Shown: positions 31,291-40,409 of the stretch, in pieces
Layout: every line of letters starts with the position of its first letter
Numbering within the stretch: position 1 is the first letter of the stretch
DNA from: Bacillales bacterium
GTDB taxonomy: Bacteria > Bacillota > Bacilli > JARBTR01
Length of the DNA: 56,015 nt
Direction: 5' to 3'
NCBI GenBank assembly: GCA_031554185.1
Contig: JAVBKE010000031.1
Location: 1-56,015, forward strand
Notes under the pieces: model-generated
The model's database searches: none
What the model saw: the letters and a program-made list of their open reading frames with translations, nothing else
What the model was told of the DNA's origin: nothing
Position numbers and translations under genes: made by a program

Positions 31291-31334
31291 TCCTTTTGAG
31301 TGACTTTCCATGAAACAGAGGTCACTCAAAAGGA
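31291..31334 (-). terminator. sdh operon terminator
   Basis: TCCTTTTGAGTGAC/GTCACTCAAAAGGA inverted repeat. Confidence 0.8.
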
Positions 31335-31341
31335 TAAATAG

Positions 31342-32094
31342 TTAGTAATTACCAAAGAATTTTTTAAATGAATGAACAGCCACTTGGCGATTCATATGGG
31401 CAATCGAAGTCGTGAGTGGAATGCCTTTTGGACAAGCCCGTACACAGTTTTGTGAGTTACCACACTCTGAAAGACCACCATCTCCCATTAAAGCGTCTAA
31501 TCGCTCTTCTTTATGCCATTCACCAGTTGGGTGAGCGTTGAACAAACGAACTTGTGAAATCGCAGCTGGTCCAATAAAGTTTGATTTTGAATTAACATTT
31601 GGACAGGCTTCTAAGCAACAGCCACAAGTCATACACTTTGATAATTCATAAGCCCATTCTCGTGTTCTTTCCGGGAGCCTTGGACCTGATCCAAGTGGGA
31701 AAGTACCATCAATTGGTACCCAAGCCTTTACTTTACGCAAAGAATCAAACATTCTCTGCCTGTCGACAAAAAGGTCACGTACCACTGGGAAAGTACTGAG
31801 CGGCGCGAGTCTAATTGGTTGTTCAAGTTGATCAACCAAAGCTGAGCAAGATTGACGAGCCTTTCCATTGATGAGCATTGAACAAGAACCACACACCTCT
31901 TCTAAACAAACACATTCCCAAACAACGGGCGTTGTTTTTTCACCCTTTGCATTGATTGGATTCTTTTGAATGTCAATTAATAGTCCGATGATATTCATAT
32001 TAGGGCGATATGGGATGCTAAATTCCTCAGTATATGAACTGCCTTTTGGATCATTTTGCCGGGTAATCAGTACTTGAATATTTTTGCTATTCAC
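31342..32094 (-). CDS. sdhB: Succinate dehydrogenase iron-sulfur subunit
   Basis: CLEEVCGSC, CMTCGCCLEACP, CGNSQNCVRACP. Confidence 0.96.
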   Translation of the reverse strand: MNSKNIQVLITRQNDPKGSSYTEEFSIPYRPNMNIIGLLIDIQKNPINAKGEKTTPVVWECVCLEEVCGSCSMLINGKARQSCSALVDQLEQPIRLAPLSTFPVVRDLFVDRQRMFDSLRKVKAWVPIDGTFPLGSGPRLPERTREWAYELSKCMTCGCCLEACPNVNSKSNFIGPAAISQVRLFNAHPTGEWHKEERLDALMGDGGLSECGNSQNCVRACPKGIPLTTSIAHMNRQVAVHSFKKFFGNY

Positions 32095-32108
32095 CTATAT
32101 CCACCACC

Positions 32109-33857
32109 TTATTTTTTTGTATAGTCACGTTTCCGTGGTTTAATCAATGAAATGTCTACTGCTTCATATTGAATTTCTGGTAAATTAGTTCCTGCGTTAT
32201 ACGTAGCAATTGTTGTTTTTAACCAATCATTATCATTACGGTCTGGGAACTCAGGCTTATAGTGAGAGCCGCGACTTTCATTTCGATAATAGGCGCCGAT
32301 TGTAATGACATGGGCCAAGTTAATCATCGATTCAAGTTGACGGATAAAAATGCTACTTGTGTTGCTCCACTTAGCCGTATCATCAATGTTGATGTTTTTA
32401 TATCGTTCAGTGAATTCTTGTAACTTTTCATACGTCTCCATCAGTCTCGTATTGTCACGAACTACTGTCACATTATCAGTCATTAGCTGACCTAACTCTT
32501 GATGAAGCCTATAGGCATTTTCTGTACCGTTCATCGCAAGAATTGACCGATATTTTTCACTATCTTCTGCTACTTGAGATTCAAAAATGCTTGCTGGTAA
32601 ATCATGGGCAGTTGCCGAATTGTCATTTGCATAAGCAAGTGCTGACGGTCCCGCTGCCATACCACCATAGACGGCAGATAACAACGAATTTGCACCAAGA
32701 CGATTTGCACCATGCTGAGAGTAATCACATTCACCAGCTGCAAATAATCCAGGGATGTTTGTTTGTTGGTGTTCATCAACCCACAGCCCACCCATTGAAT
32801 AGTGTACACCAGGGAAGATTTGCATTGGGATTTTTCGAGGGTCATCCCCTTTAAATTTCTCATAGATTTCCATGATGCCACCAAGTCGGTTATCAAGGAA
32901 TTTTGAATCAAGATGTGAGAGATCTAGATATACTTTGTTCTCACCGTTAATGCCAAGCTTTTGATTGACACAAACATCAAATATTTCACGAGTGGCAACA
33001 TCACGTGGTACCAAGTTGCCGTACTTAGGAAATTTCTCTTCAAGGAAATACCAAGGTTTACCGTCTTTATAAGTCCAAACACGACCACCTTCACCACGTG
33101 CTGATTCACTCATAAGGCGGTTTTTATCATCACCAGGAATGGCTGTTGGATGAATTTGAATAAATTCTCCATTGGCAAATTTTGCACCTTGTTGGTAGAG
33201 ACGACCAGCTGCGTAGCCAGTGTTAATCGTAGAATTTGTTGATTTTCCGAAAATCATGCCGAGTCCGCCAGTCGCCATCACAACAGCTTCAGCAGGGAAG
33301 GCGATGATCTCCATTGTTTTTAAGTTTTGTGCTGTGATTCCCCGGCAAATCTTTTGATCATCAAGGACAGCAGAAACAAACTCCCAAGATTCATATTTTT
33401 TCACTAAACCTTCATCTTCTAACCGGCGTACTTGCTCATCTAGCGCATATAGCAATTGTTGACCAGTTGTTGCACCAGCAAATGCTGTGCGGCGGTACAG
33501 GGTACCTCCAAAGCGTCTGAAATCTAGATTTCCTTCTGGGGTACGATTAAACATGACGCCCATGCGATCAAACATTTGAATAATCTCAGGTGCCGCCTCG
33601 ACCATTTTTTTGACCAGCGGTTGGTTGGCGAGAAAGTCACCACCATAAACAGTGTCATCAAAGTGAATATCAGTTGAATCATTTTCCCCTTTTGTATTTA
33701 AAACGCCATTAATCCCGCCTTGTGCGCACACTGAATGTGATCGCTTTACTGGAACAACCGAAAATAAATCGACTTTGTTCCCAGCCTCAGCAATTTTAAT
33801 TGTTGCCATAAGGCCGGCAAGACCTCCGCCTACGACTACAAATTTTCCTTTAGCCAT
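32109..33857 (-). CDS. sdhA: Succinate dehydrogenase flavoprotein
   Basis: RSHSVCAQGGIN, QIHPT, HYSMGG, HGANRLGANSL (Bacillus type). Confidence 0.96.
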   Translation of the reverse strand: MAKGKFVVVGGGLAGLMATIKIAEAGNKVDLFSVVPVKRSHSVCAQGGINGVLNTKGENDSTDIHFDDTVYGGDFLANQPLVKKMVEAAPEIIQMFDRMGVMFNRTPEGNLDFRRFGGTLYRRTAFAGATTGQQLLYALDEQVRRLEDEGLVKKYESWEFVSAVLDDQKICRGITAQNLKTMEIIAFPAEAVVMATGGLGMIFGKSTNSTINTGYAAGRLYQQGAKFANGEFIQIHPTAIPGDDKNRLMSESARGEGGRVWTYKDGKPWYFLEEKFPKYGNLVPRDVATREIFDVCVNQKLGINGENKVYLDLSHLDSKFLDNRLGGIMEIYEKFKGDDPRKIPMQIFPGVHYSMGGLWVDEHQQTNIPGLFAAGECDYSQHGANRLGANSLLSAVYGGMAAGPSALAYANDNSATAHDLPASIFESQVAEDSEKYRSILAMNGTENAYRLHQELGQLMTDNVTVVRDNTRLMETYEKLQEFTERYKNINIDDTAKWSNTSSIFIRQLESMINLAHVITIGAYYRNESRGSHYKPEFPDRNDNDWLKTTIATYNAGTNLPEIQYEAVDISLIKPRKRDYTKK

Positions 33858-34026
33858 TCGTTATCCCTCCGTATGTTTAGGTGAAAGTTCTCTACTAATT
33901 CTTTGAAATTGTAAAAATTGGGGTGCCTAGATGCGAGTGGAAAACGATTATACAATCGGCATCTGTTGCTTTTTACACTAGCTTTACAAAAAAAGTTCAT
34001 ACGATTTTGGTTTACTATTTTCGCAA

Positions 34027-34635
34027 TTAAACAAATGTAAATAATGTAAACATCGTAATTCCGAATAGTGTTACACCAATGACGAGTACAGCATACTGAG
34101 TGACTTTTTGAGATTTTTCAGAAATCGTTATGCCCCATGTAATGAGGAAAGTCCAGATACCATTAGCAAAGTGGTAGATACAAGCAGCAGAACCGACGAT
34201 GTACATCAAAATGATAAGTGGGTTTTGAAAAAGATCATGCATCATATCAAAATCTGGACGAACGCCATACAAAGTAACTTGCATTTTTGTTTGCCATACA
34301 TGCACAAAAATGAAAACAAATGCAATTAGTCCAGTTATTCTTTGTAAATAGAACTTCCAGTTACGTGCATAGTTATATTGACTGATATTGTTCTTTGACT
34401 TCAGTGCTATGTATATGCCGTAAAGTCCATGGAATAGTAGCGGTAAAAAGATTACAGTCACTTCGAGGAAAGCTAAGTAGGGAAGACTCTCCATAAACTC
34501 AGCTGCCAGATTGTAAGATTCTACCCCTCTAAGTACGCTAGAATTGACGAGTAAGTGTACTGTCATAAATACACCGACAGGAATAATTCCTGAGAGTGAG
34601 TGTAGCTTTCGAAGGAAATGTTCGTTTGTTTTCAT
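34027..34635 (-). CDS. sdhC: Succinate dehydrogenase cytochrome b558
   Basis: RKLHSLSGIIP, FHGLYG, HVW, YHFANGIW (four heme His). Confidence 0.95.
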   Translation of the reverse strand: MKTNEHFLRKLHSLSGIIPVGVFMTVHLLVNSSVLRGVESYNLAAEFMESLPYLAFLEVTVIFLPLLFHGLYGIYIALKSKNNISQYNYARNWKFYLQRITGLIAFVFIFVHVWQTKMQVTLYGVRPDFDMMHDLFQNPLIILMYIVGSAACIYHFANGIWTFLITWGITISEKSQKVTQYAVLVIGVTLFGITMFTLFTFV

Positions 34636-34926
34636 TCTTTGTTTGCTCTCCTTTCATTTTTTAAACTAGGTAAAACATGTCAGATGAAAATAATTAATTG
34701 TCAATTGCTAGGCCAATTTTACTACATACCTAGTAAATTCTACAACTATCTACAAAAATGTACAAACAAAATATTGAAATTGCAAACATCATTGTTAATT
34801 ATCGCTATTTAAGGCGATAATGACAATTTGCAAGTTGTTATTTTGGCAGTTCATGTAGAAAGAAGTAGAAATAACTTCTTAATTATATCATTTAATACAA
34901 AAATCGATAAGAGAAATGATCTGCAA

Positions 34927-36682
34927 GTATGTGTCAAGTTTTTCTCGAAGGTGTTGCCACACCAATAAATACAGCACATAAGAAATGTACACTTCATAGG
35001 GCATATCGCTCCATATTTTTTAAAGACTTCAATGGACGCCTAACTTTGTAAGGCTGAGCCTACCGGCGGTAGGCATTTGACAGGAGAGGTTTATCAAAGA
35101 GTCCACGATCCAAGTCAGCGCTCAACCTCTCCTGTCAAACGCTATAGTAGGTAATTCTTCAATCAACTAGAATTACCGAAATGCTTGTGCTAGGTTACCA
35201 GTTGCTGACGAATTGGCGCCATTCAAACTGATTTTCCCTCGTTTTGCGCCTACTGAGGGACGTGTTTTTGATTGTAAAAGTAATACCATATTTACTTTTT
35301 GGGTTACTTGTCGTTGTTTTCGTTCACTTCTTTTTTGTGAGGTCAAATAGGCGCCTCTTAAAGTATTGTTTAATATCCCTTGCTTTACCTTCACCATGCC
35401 TTCAGCACCTGCCGCACTCCAATGCATACCACGCTTTTTCATGCGAAATGACACATGCCTTTGATTTGACTCCATGGCTCCTAGACCTCTAGCGACCTGT
35501 GGCTTTTTTTCCACCTTCATTCGCCAGTCAAAAATCCTTTCCCAATTTCCTGAAATATAAGTACAAAAATCCTTTAGCTTCTGACTTTTTTTCTCATCGT
35601 CCAGTGTACTTTCATAAGTGTCTGTCCATCGTTTAAATGCATCTTTATCATGCGCATCTATTGCTGCTCTCACATGGCTTTTAAACGGGTTCTGAACACC
35701 AAATGCTCGGCTCAAACTTTGATAGATGTGGTACGAATCCAATTGTGCTAACACTGGCTTTTTTGACTGCGAAAACGCTGTCCGAAACTTTTCCGCTCTA
35801 TAGCCTGAACCACCATCACTATTAGCCACAATTTGCGTATCCTCTAAACTATATTTTTGTGCTCCTATTGACTGGACTTCTTTCCAAAATGCTTCGTTAC
35901 CCTTTGTTGTCATGATCACTGTTGGCTGCTTTAGCGAAGCTCTTTCTCCATTTAATTCCCAACCTTCATACATGATCCCATGGTACACTTCTCGGCTTTT
36001 TCGCTTCTGCGTGCTTCGTATAAACACTCCATCTGCTTCAACCATTAGATAATCAACTTTTTTCCCTTCTGGCAAGCTCTCCGCATATTCTAGTTCTTCC
36101 ATGGCTTCCTGATCCGCCTGCCCTTGGGCTGCACCAACCTGCTTGACAATTTTCCCTACGGTCTGGTGACTCATCTCTACGCTCGTCCATTCCTTCAGTA
36201 TCCTTGATGTCTCTCGGTAGGTGCTTTCACTTGCCATCTCTGCCACCTTTATTTCTACCAGTGGACTATACCTTTGATGACGTCTCAGACCCATCCATTC
36301 ATCTAGTGGGTAATATGCCTTTCCCTTTGCGTCATGCATTAACGTTCTCTTTATTTTCACGCGCCCAAATGTAAAACAAATGTTTTTTTCGTCTTTCCTC
36401 TTCATTACGCTTTTCTTTTCCTGCTCTTCCTCCACTATCACTTGATTTAATGATTCTAATGCCTCTGTCATTGCCTCTAGAAACACTTCGTCTTTGTACA
36501 GCGTTAATTTCTCTTCTGCTTCAATTGAGTTCTTTGTTCCCTTTATTATTTCGCATATTCTTGTTACAATTGGTTTCATAAGAAAGCACTCTCTAAATGT
36601 ATTTGCCCTTGGAAGCATACATTTATGTTACTGTGCTTTCTTTTTATTGCCTAGTAGGCATCGAGTAATATTTTACACGTAC
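34927..36682 (-). mobile_element. ISLre2-family insertion sequence, 1756 bp
   Basis: Imperfect 22-bp terminal IRs (GTATGTGTCAAGTTTTTCTCGA vs GTACGTGTAAAATATTACTCGA, 17/22) flanked by 9-bp direct repeat GATCTGCAA at 34918-34926 and 36683-36691. Confidence 0.9.
35173..36618 (-). CDS. ISLre2-family transposase
   Basis: EADG, NSDGG, LDSYH, GAMES..RMKKRGMHWS motifs; true start may be ATG 36579. Confidence 0.9.
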   Translation of the reverse strand: MLPRANTFRECFLMKPIVTRICEIIKGTKNSIEAEEKLTLYKDEVFLEAMTEALESLNQVIVEEEQEKKSVMKRKDEKNICFTFGRVKIKRTLMHDAKGKAYYPLDEWMGLRRHQRYSPLVEIKVAEMASESTYRETSRILKEWTSVEMSHQTVGKIVKQVGAAQGQADQEAMEELEYAESLPEGKKVDYLMVEADGVFIRSTQKRKSREVYHGIMYEGWELNGERASLKQPTVIMTTKGNEAFWKEVQSIGAQKYSLEDTQIVANSDGGSGYRAEKFRTAFSQSKKPVLAQLDSYHIYQSLSRAFGVQNPFKSHVRAAIDAHDKDAFKRWTDTYESTLDDEKKSQKLKDFCTYISGNWERIFDWRMKVEKKPQVARGLGAMESNQRHVSFRMKKRGMHWSAAGAEGMVKVKQGILNNTLRGAYLTSQKRSERKQRQVTQKVNMVLLLQSKTRPSVGAKRGKISLNGANSSATGNLAQAFR

Positions 36683-37075
36683 GATCTGCAATATGAGCTT
36701 GAAATTCGAAGAGGCCTACATCTACACAATACTCAAACCATATAATCACTGCACTTTGTATGAAAAATCTCTTCATTTTCGAGTAATTACATCACAAAAC
36801 AACAAAATAAATTTTGAAAATCATTTTTTCTCCGTTAGAGTTGCAACTTTAAGTTTAAACAATTAAAATTCTCTTTTTTACTGTCAGTATTAATATGTTA
36901 TGATTGAGAAAACTTTTGTTAGATTTTCAAAGTGTTGTCGATAGGGTAAAGTGTCCTGAGCAAAAAAAGATTTCTAAGGTCGCTTTGAAATTGCTTTAAC
37001 CTTTACAAATCAATGGGAAACCAGATTAACTTACACTATCAGCAAATGACGCTTAAACTAGAAAGGAAGTCCGTT

Positions 37076-38908
37076 TTGTCATCATTAGCCGTTTTAAAAA
37101 AAACCTTTGGTTATGACCAATTTCGTGAAGGGCAAGCTGAGCTAGTTGGAGCAATTATGGAGAAGCAGGATGCACTTGGTATTATGCCAACAGGGGCAGG
37201 AAAGTCAATCTGCTTCCAAGTCCCTGCACTAGAACTTGAGGGGGTTACCTTGGTTGTATCACCACTGATCTCTTTAATGAGTGACCAAGTTCAAGCACTC
37301 ATCCAAGCAGACGTAAAAGCTGCCTATTTAAATAGTTCATTGTCAGCTAACCAATATCGAACTGTACTGAAAAATATTCGAAATAACCAATATAAGATCA
37401 TCTATGTTGCACCTGAAAGGCTACTGACTGACTCTTTTCTCGATCTAGCCAATCAAATCACCATTTCAATGATTACCATTGATGAGGCACATTGCCTTTC
37501 GCAATGGGGACAAGATTTTAGACCGAGTTATTTAAAAGTAGTTGATTTCATTGAAACCCTGCCAGTAAGGCCGATCATTTCGGCATTTACCGCTACGGCT
37601 ACGGCACATGTACGTGATGATATCATTGAGAAACTGCAATTAGAGGACCCGTTTATTTTAACAACAGGATTTGACCGAACTAATCTCTCTTTTGCGGTCA
37701 AAAAGCCAAAAAGTAAGATGGATGCGCTAGAAGAATTTTTAGAATTACATGAAGGAAAGAGCGGCATTGTTTATTGTTCAACAAGAAAAAATGTCGAACA
37801 GGTTTATCAAAACTTGCTTGACCAAGGGTATGCGGCGGCAAGGTACCATGCTGGCCTTCCTGACGAAGAGCGAGAGAATAGCCAAACAGATTTTTTGTAT
37901 GACCGAAAAAGAATCATGGTTGCTACCAACGCCTTTGGTATGGGCATCGATAAGAGCAACGTCTCGTTTGTTGTTCACTATAATATGCCAAAGAACATTG
38001 AAAACTACTATCAAGAAGCGGGAAGAGCAGGCCGCGATGGCGAACCAGCAGAATGTCTGTTGCTATATAGTGGGCAAGATGTGATCACGAATCAGTTCCT
38101 GATTGATAACAGTAATGACAATGATGAAATTGATCCAATTACGCAAAAGGCCATTCGAGCCAAAGACCGAGAGCTGCTGAAACAAATGACTTTTTACTGC
38201 CACACAATGGATTGCCTTCGTGCTTATATCTTACGTTATTTTGGCGATACAACCGGTAATTACTGTGGAAATTGTAGTAACTGTAATGATCATTTTGAAA
38301 CTGTAGATGTGACAGTTGAAGCGCAAAAAATTCTATCCTGCGTAAAACGGGTGAATGAGCGATTTGGAATTAAAGTAATTGTCGATACACTGCGTGGAAA
38401 GAAAAATCAGCGGATTACGAGTCTACACTTAGATCAGCAATCAACCTTTGGGATAATGGCAGATGTCAGTGAAAGTAAGATCCGTGATATTATCAATTTT
38501 TTATTGCTAAACGAGTACCTGTGTACAACAAGTGGTGAGTATCCAGTTGTTCAATTAACAGAGAAATCACTCATTATATTGTTTGAGAAAGAACCTGTTT
38601 CAATGAAAATTGTTAAAGAGGAAGAACGCACGAAACCAAGAGTGGCTAGGGCAGGCAAAACGGTTCATTATGAAAACAAAGAGCTGTTTACAAAGCTTAA
38701 ATCACTACGAAGCCAATTGGCTCAGGAGCAAAACGTTCCTGCTTTTGTTGTATTCTCTGATGCAACACTTCATGATATCTGCGCGAAGTTACCGAAGAAT
38801 CATTTAGAGTTCTTAGAAGTTTCGGGTGTGGGGCATGCGAAATTGACGAAGTACGGAGATGTCTTTTTGGAAGTGGTTACGGCTTTCTTGGAAGAGAATC
38901 CAGTGTAG
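37076..38908 (+). CDS. recQ: DNA helicase RecQ
   Basis: MPTGAGKS, DEAHCLSQWGQDFRP, Zn-RQC and HRDC domains; TTG start after AAGGAAG (ORF open from 37013). Confidence 0.95.
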   Translation: MSSLAVLKKTFGYDQFREGQAELVGAIMEKQDALGIMPTGAGKSICFQVPALELEGVTLVVSPLISLMSDQVQALIQADVKAAYLNSSLSANQYRTVLKNIRNNQYKIIYVAPERLLTDSFLDLANQITISMITIDEAHCLSQWGQDFRPSYLKVVDFIETLPVRPIISAFTATATAHVRDDIIEKLQLEDPFILTTGFDRTNLSFAVKKPKSKMDALEEFLELHEGKSGIVYCSTRKNVEQVYQNLLDQGYAAARYHAGLPDEERENSQTDFLYDRKRIMVATNAFGMGIDKSNVSFVVHYNMPKNIENYYQEAGRAGRDGEPAECLLLYSGQDVITNQFLIDNSNDNDEIDPITQKAIRAKDRELLKQMTFYCHTMDCLRAYILRYFGDTTGNYCGNCSNCNDHFETVDVTVEAQKILSCVKRVNERFGIKVIVDTLRGKKNQRITSLHLDQQSTFGIMADVSESKIRDIINFLLLNEYLCTTSGEYPVVQLTEKSLIILFEKEPVSMKIVKEEERTKPRVARAGKTVHYENKELFTKLKSLRSQLAQEQNVPAFVVFSDATLHDICAKLPKNHLEFLEVSGVGHAKLTKYGDVFLEVVTAFLEENPV

Positions 38909-38954
38909 TTTTTGAAATCCTTTAGGTAATATTGAATGTTAATAGTAAAACAAG

Positions 38955-39003
38955 AAAAAGGTAGACAGAAAGTAGCATTTACGCTATTGTTGTCTACCTT
39001 TTT
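38955..39003. terminator. Bidirectional terminator
   Basis: AAAAAGGTAGACA/TGTCTACCTTTTT between convergent genes. Confidence 0.8.
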
Positions 39004-39016
39004 ATAGGATGATTCC

Positions 39017-39421
39017 TTATTTCTCGGCAGTGAACATCCAGTTGATTCCAAACTGGTCTTTCAATGAACCGTGCAATTCTGCGAAGAATGAAGGGTTTAG
39101 CTCCATATACACTTCAGCATTTACCGCCAACACTTCCCAAGCCTTTTTTACAAGTGCTATGTCTTTTGTAGTTATTGACACATACATGTTTGAGCCAAGA
39201 CCATCTTTGCCTGCACTATCAGCGGCCATCATCTCAGTACCATCAATTACGATGCGAGAATGTAGCACCAATTCCTTGTCACTTTCTGGAATAGGGAAGC
39301 TTGGAGTAACTGGCATATCCTTGTATTTTCTAATTTCTGTGATTTTCCCTCCAAAAGCTTTTTCATAAGTCTTCAGCGCTTCTTCACAATTTCTGTCAAA
39401 AATTAAGTAATGCGTAATCAT
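39017..39421 (-). CDS. VOC/PhnB-like glyoxalase family protein
   Basis: YLIFDRNCEEAL..YEKAFGG...LKDQFGINW. Confidence 0.88.
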   Translation of the reverse strand: MITHYLIFDRNCEEALKTYEKAFGGKITEIRKYKDMPVTPSFPIPESDKELVLHSRIVIDGTEMMAADSAGKDGLGSNMYVSITTKDIALVKKAWEVLAVNAEVYMELNPSFFAELHGSLKDQFGINWMFTAEK

Positions 39422-39600
39422 CTTAAATCCTTCTTTCTATTGATTGTCTAGTCGTTTTGCTATGGTATGAAATACTTAGCGAAGTAAGCATATCAAATTT
39501 TTCTGGCATGTGCTATAGTGGATCAACATTTATTGTCATTTTCTACTCAGATTGAGGCTCTGTTTCGTGAGCAACTTCCAGTGCCTATGTACGAGTGAAT

Positions 39601-40368
39601 TTAAATTTGATCCGCTAGATAAAACAAGCCACCATTGACAACATGAACATGAATTTCTGGTTTGTAGAGATTAGTAATCGCTTCTAGTTCCTGTTCATAT
39701 TGGTCATCATCAATATCCATGTAGAAACTATTTAACAATTGTAAATCTATCTCCATTCGCTTATTTGCTCGCCTACTCCAATCATCATTCTCTTTTGCAA
39801 TGATTGTATCGATATGGTTTTCTATCCGTCTCATACCACTTTTGAGCGTGATAAATGGATGTAATGTGTAGCTCATGTCGGCAATTCTTGGTGAAAGCGT
39901 ACGCCCCGCAACTTGGTCTAGGAAATCTTCCGTGATTTCCCCGTTAATTAAGTTGAGCCCTAAAGATACAAACTGAGATTTTTGTTGGTCACATTGATAA
40001 GAAATCGTTGCATTTACACATAGCCAAGGGTAAAGGCCTGTCTGCTTATTCTCATACAAGCGAATATGGGTAGCAGATTTTCTACATGAATTGAATATTT
40101 GATGAAGTCTTGGTGACCCAAAATGAATTTTTTCCGAACCGTCTACTGTTTTTGTTGCATTTGTAGAAAGCCGTAGTAGTGTTGTCTTAGGTTCGCCGCC
40201 CGTCTTTTCAAGGTAATGCCAGTAAAAGGGGCGATTCATCAGTTGCTTGTCGATATCAATGGTCAGTTCTACCGCAATTTCTTCATTGGTAGACTCGATA
40301 ATCTGACATTGATTCGTCTGGAAATAGTCGAGCAAAAAGCGATGGACATGTTGAGTTTGCAAAATCAC
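39601..40368 (-). CDS. yqhG: YqhG family protein
   Basis: DKQLMNRPFYWHYLEKTGG, IHFGSPRLHQIF, VNGGLFYL; next to yqhH. Confidence 0.85.
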   Translation of the reverse strand: MILQTQHVHRFLLDYFQTNQCQIIESTNEEIAVELTIDIDKQLMNRPFYWHYLEKTGGEPKTTLLRLSTNATKTVDGSEKIHFGSPRLHQIFNSCRKSATHIRLYENKQTGLYPWLCVNATISYQCDQQKSQFVSLGLNLINGEITEDFLDQVAGRTLSPRIADMSYTLHPFITLKSGMRRIENHIDTIIAKENDDWSRRANKRMEIDLQLLNSFYMDIDDDQYEQELEAITNLYKPEIHVHVVNGGLFYLADQI

Positions 40369-40409
40369 ACTTCCTTATTAGATTGGCATGATAGGGTACT
40401 GTCAAATTT

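Noticed and set aside
34909-34937. Outward TTGACA in the IS end forming a hybrid promoter for sdhC
   Set aside because: No -10 hexamer at 16-18 bp spacing (reads TCTCTT at 17 bp).
34916-36866. About 61-codon frame (MICNMSLKFEEAY...) restored by removing the IS
   Set aside because: Weak RBS and no recognisable protein features; likely chance in AT-rich DNA.
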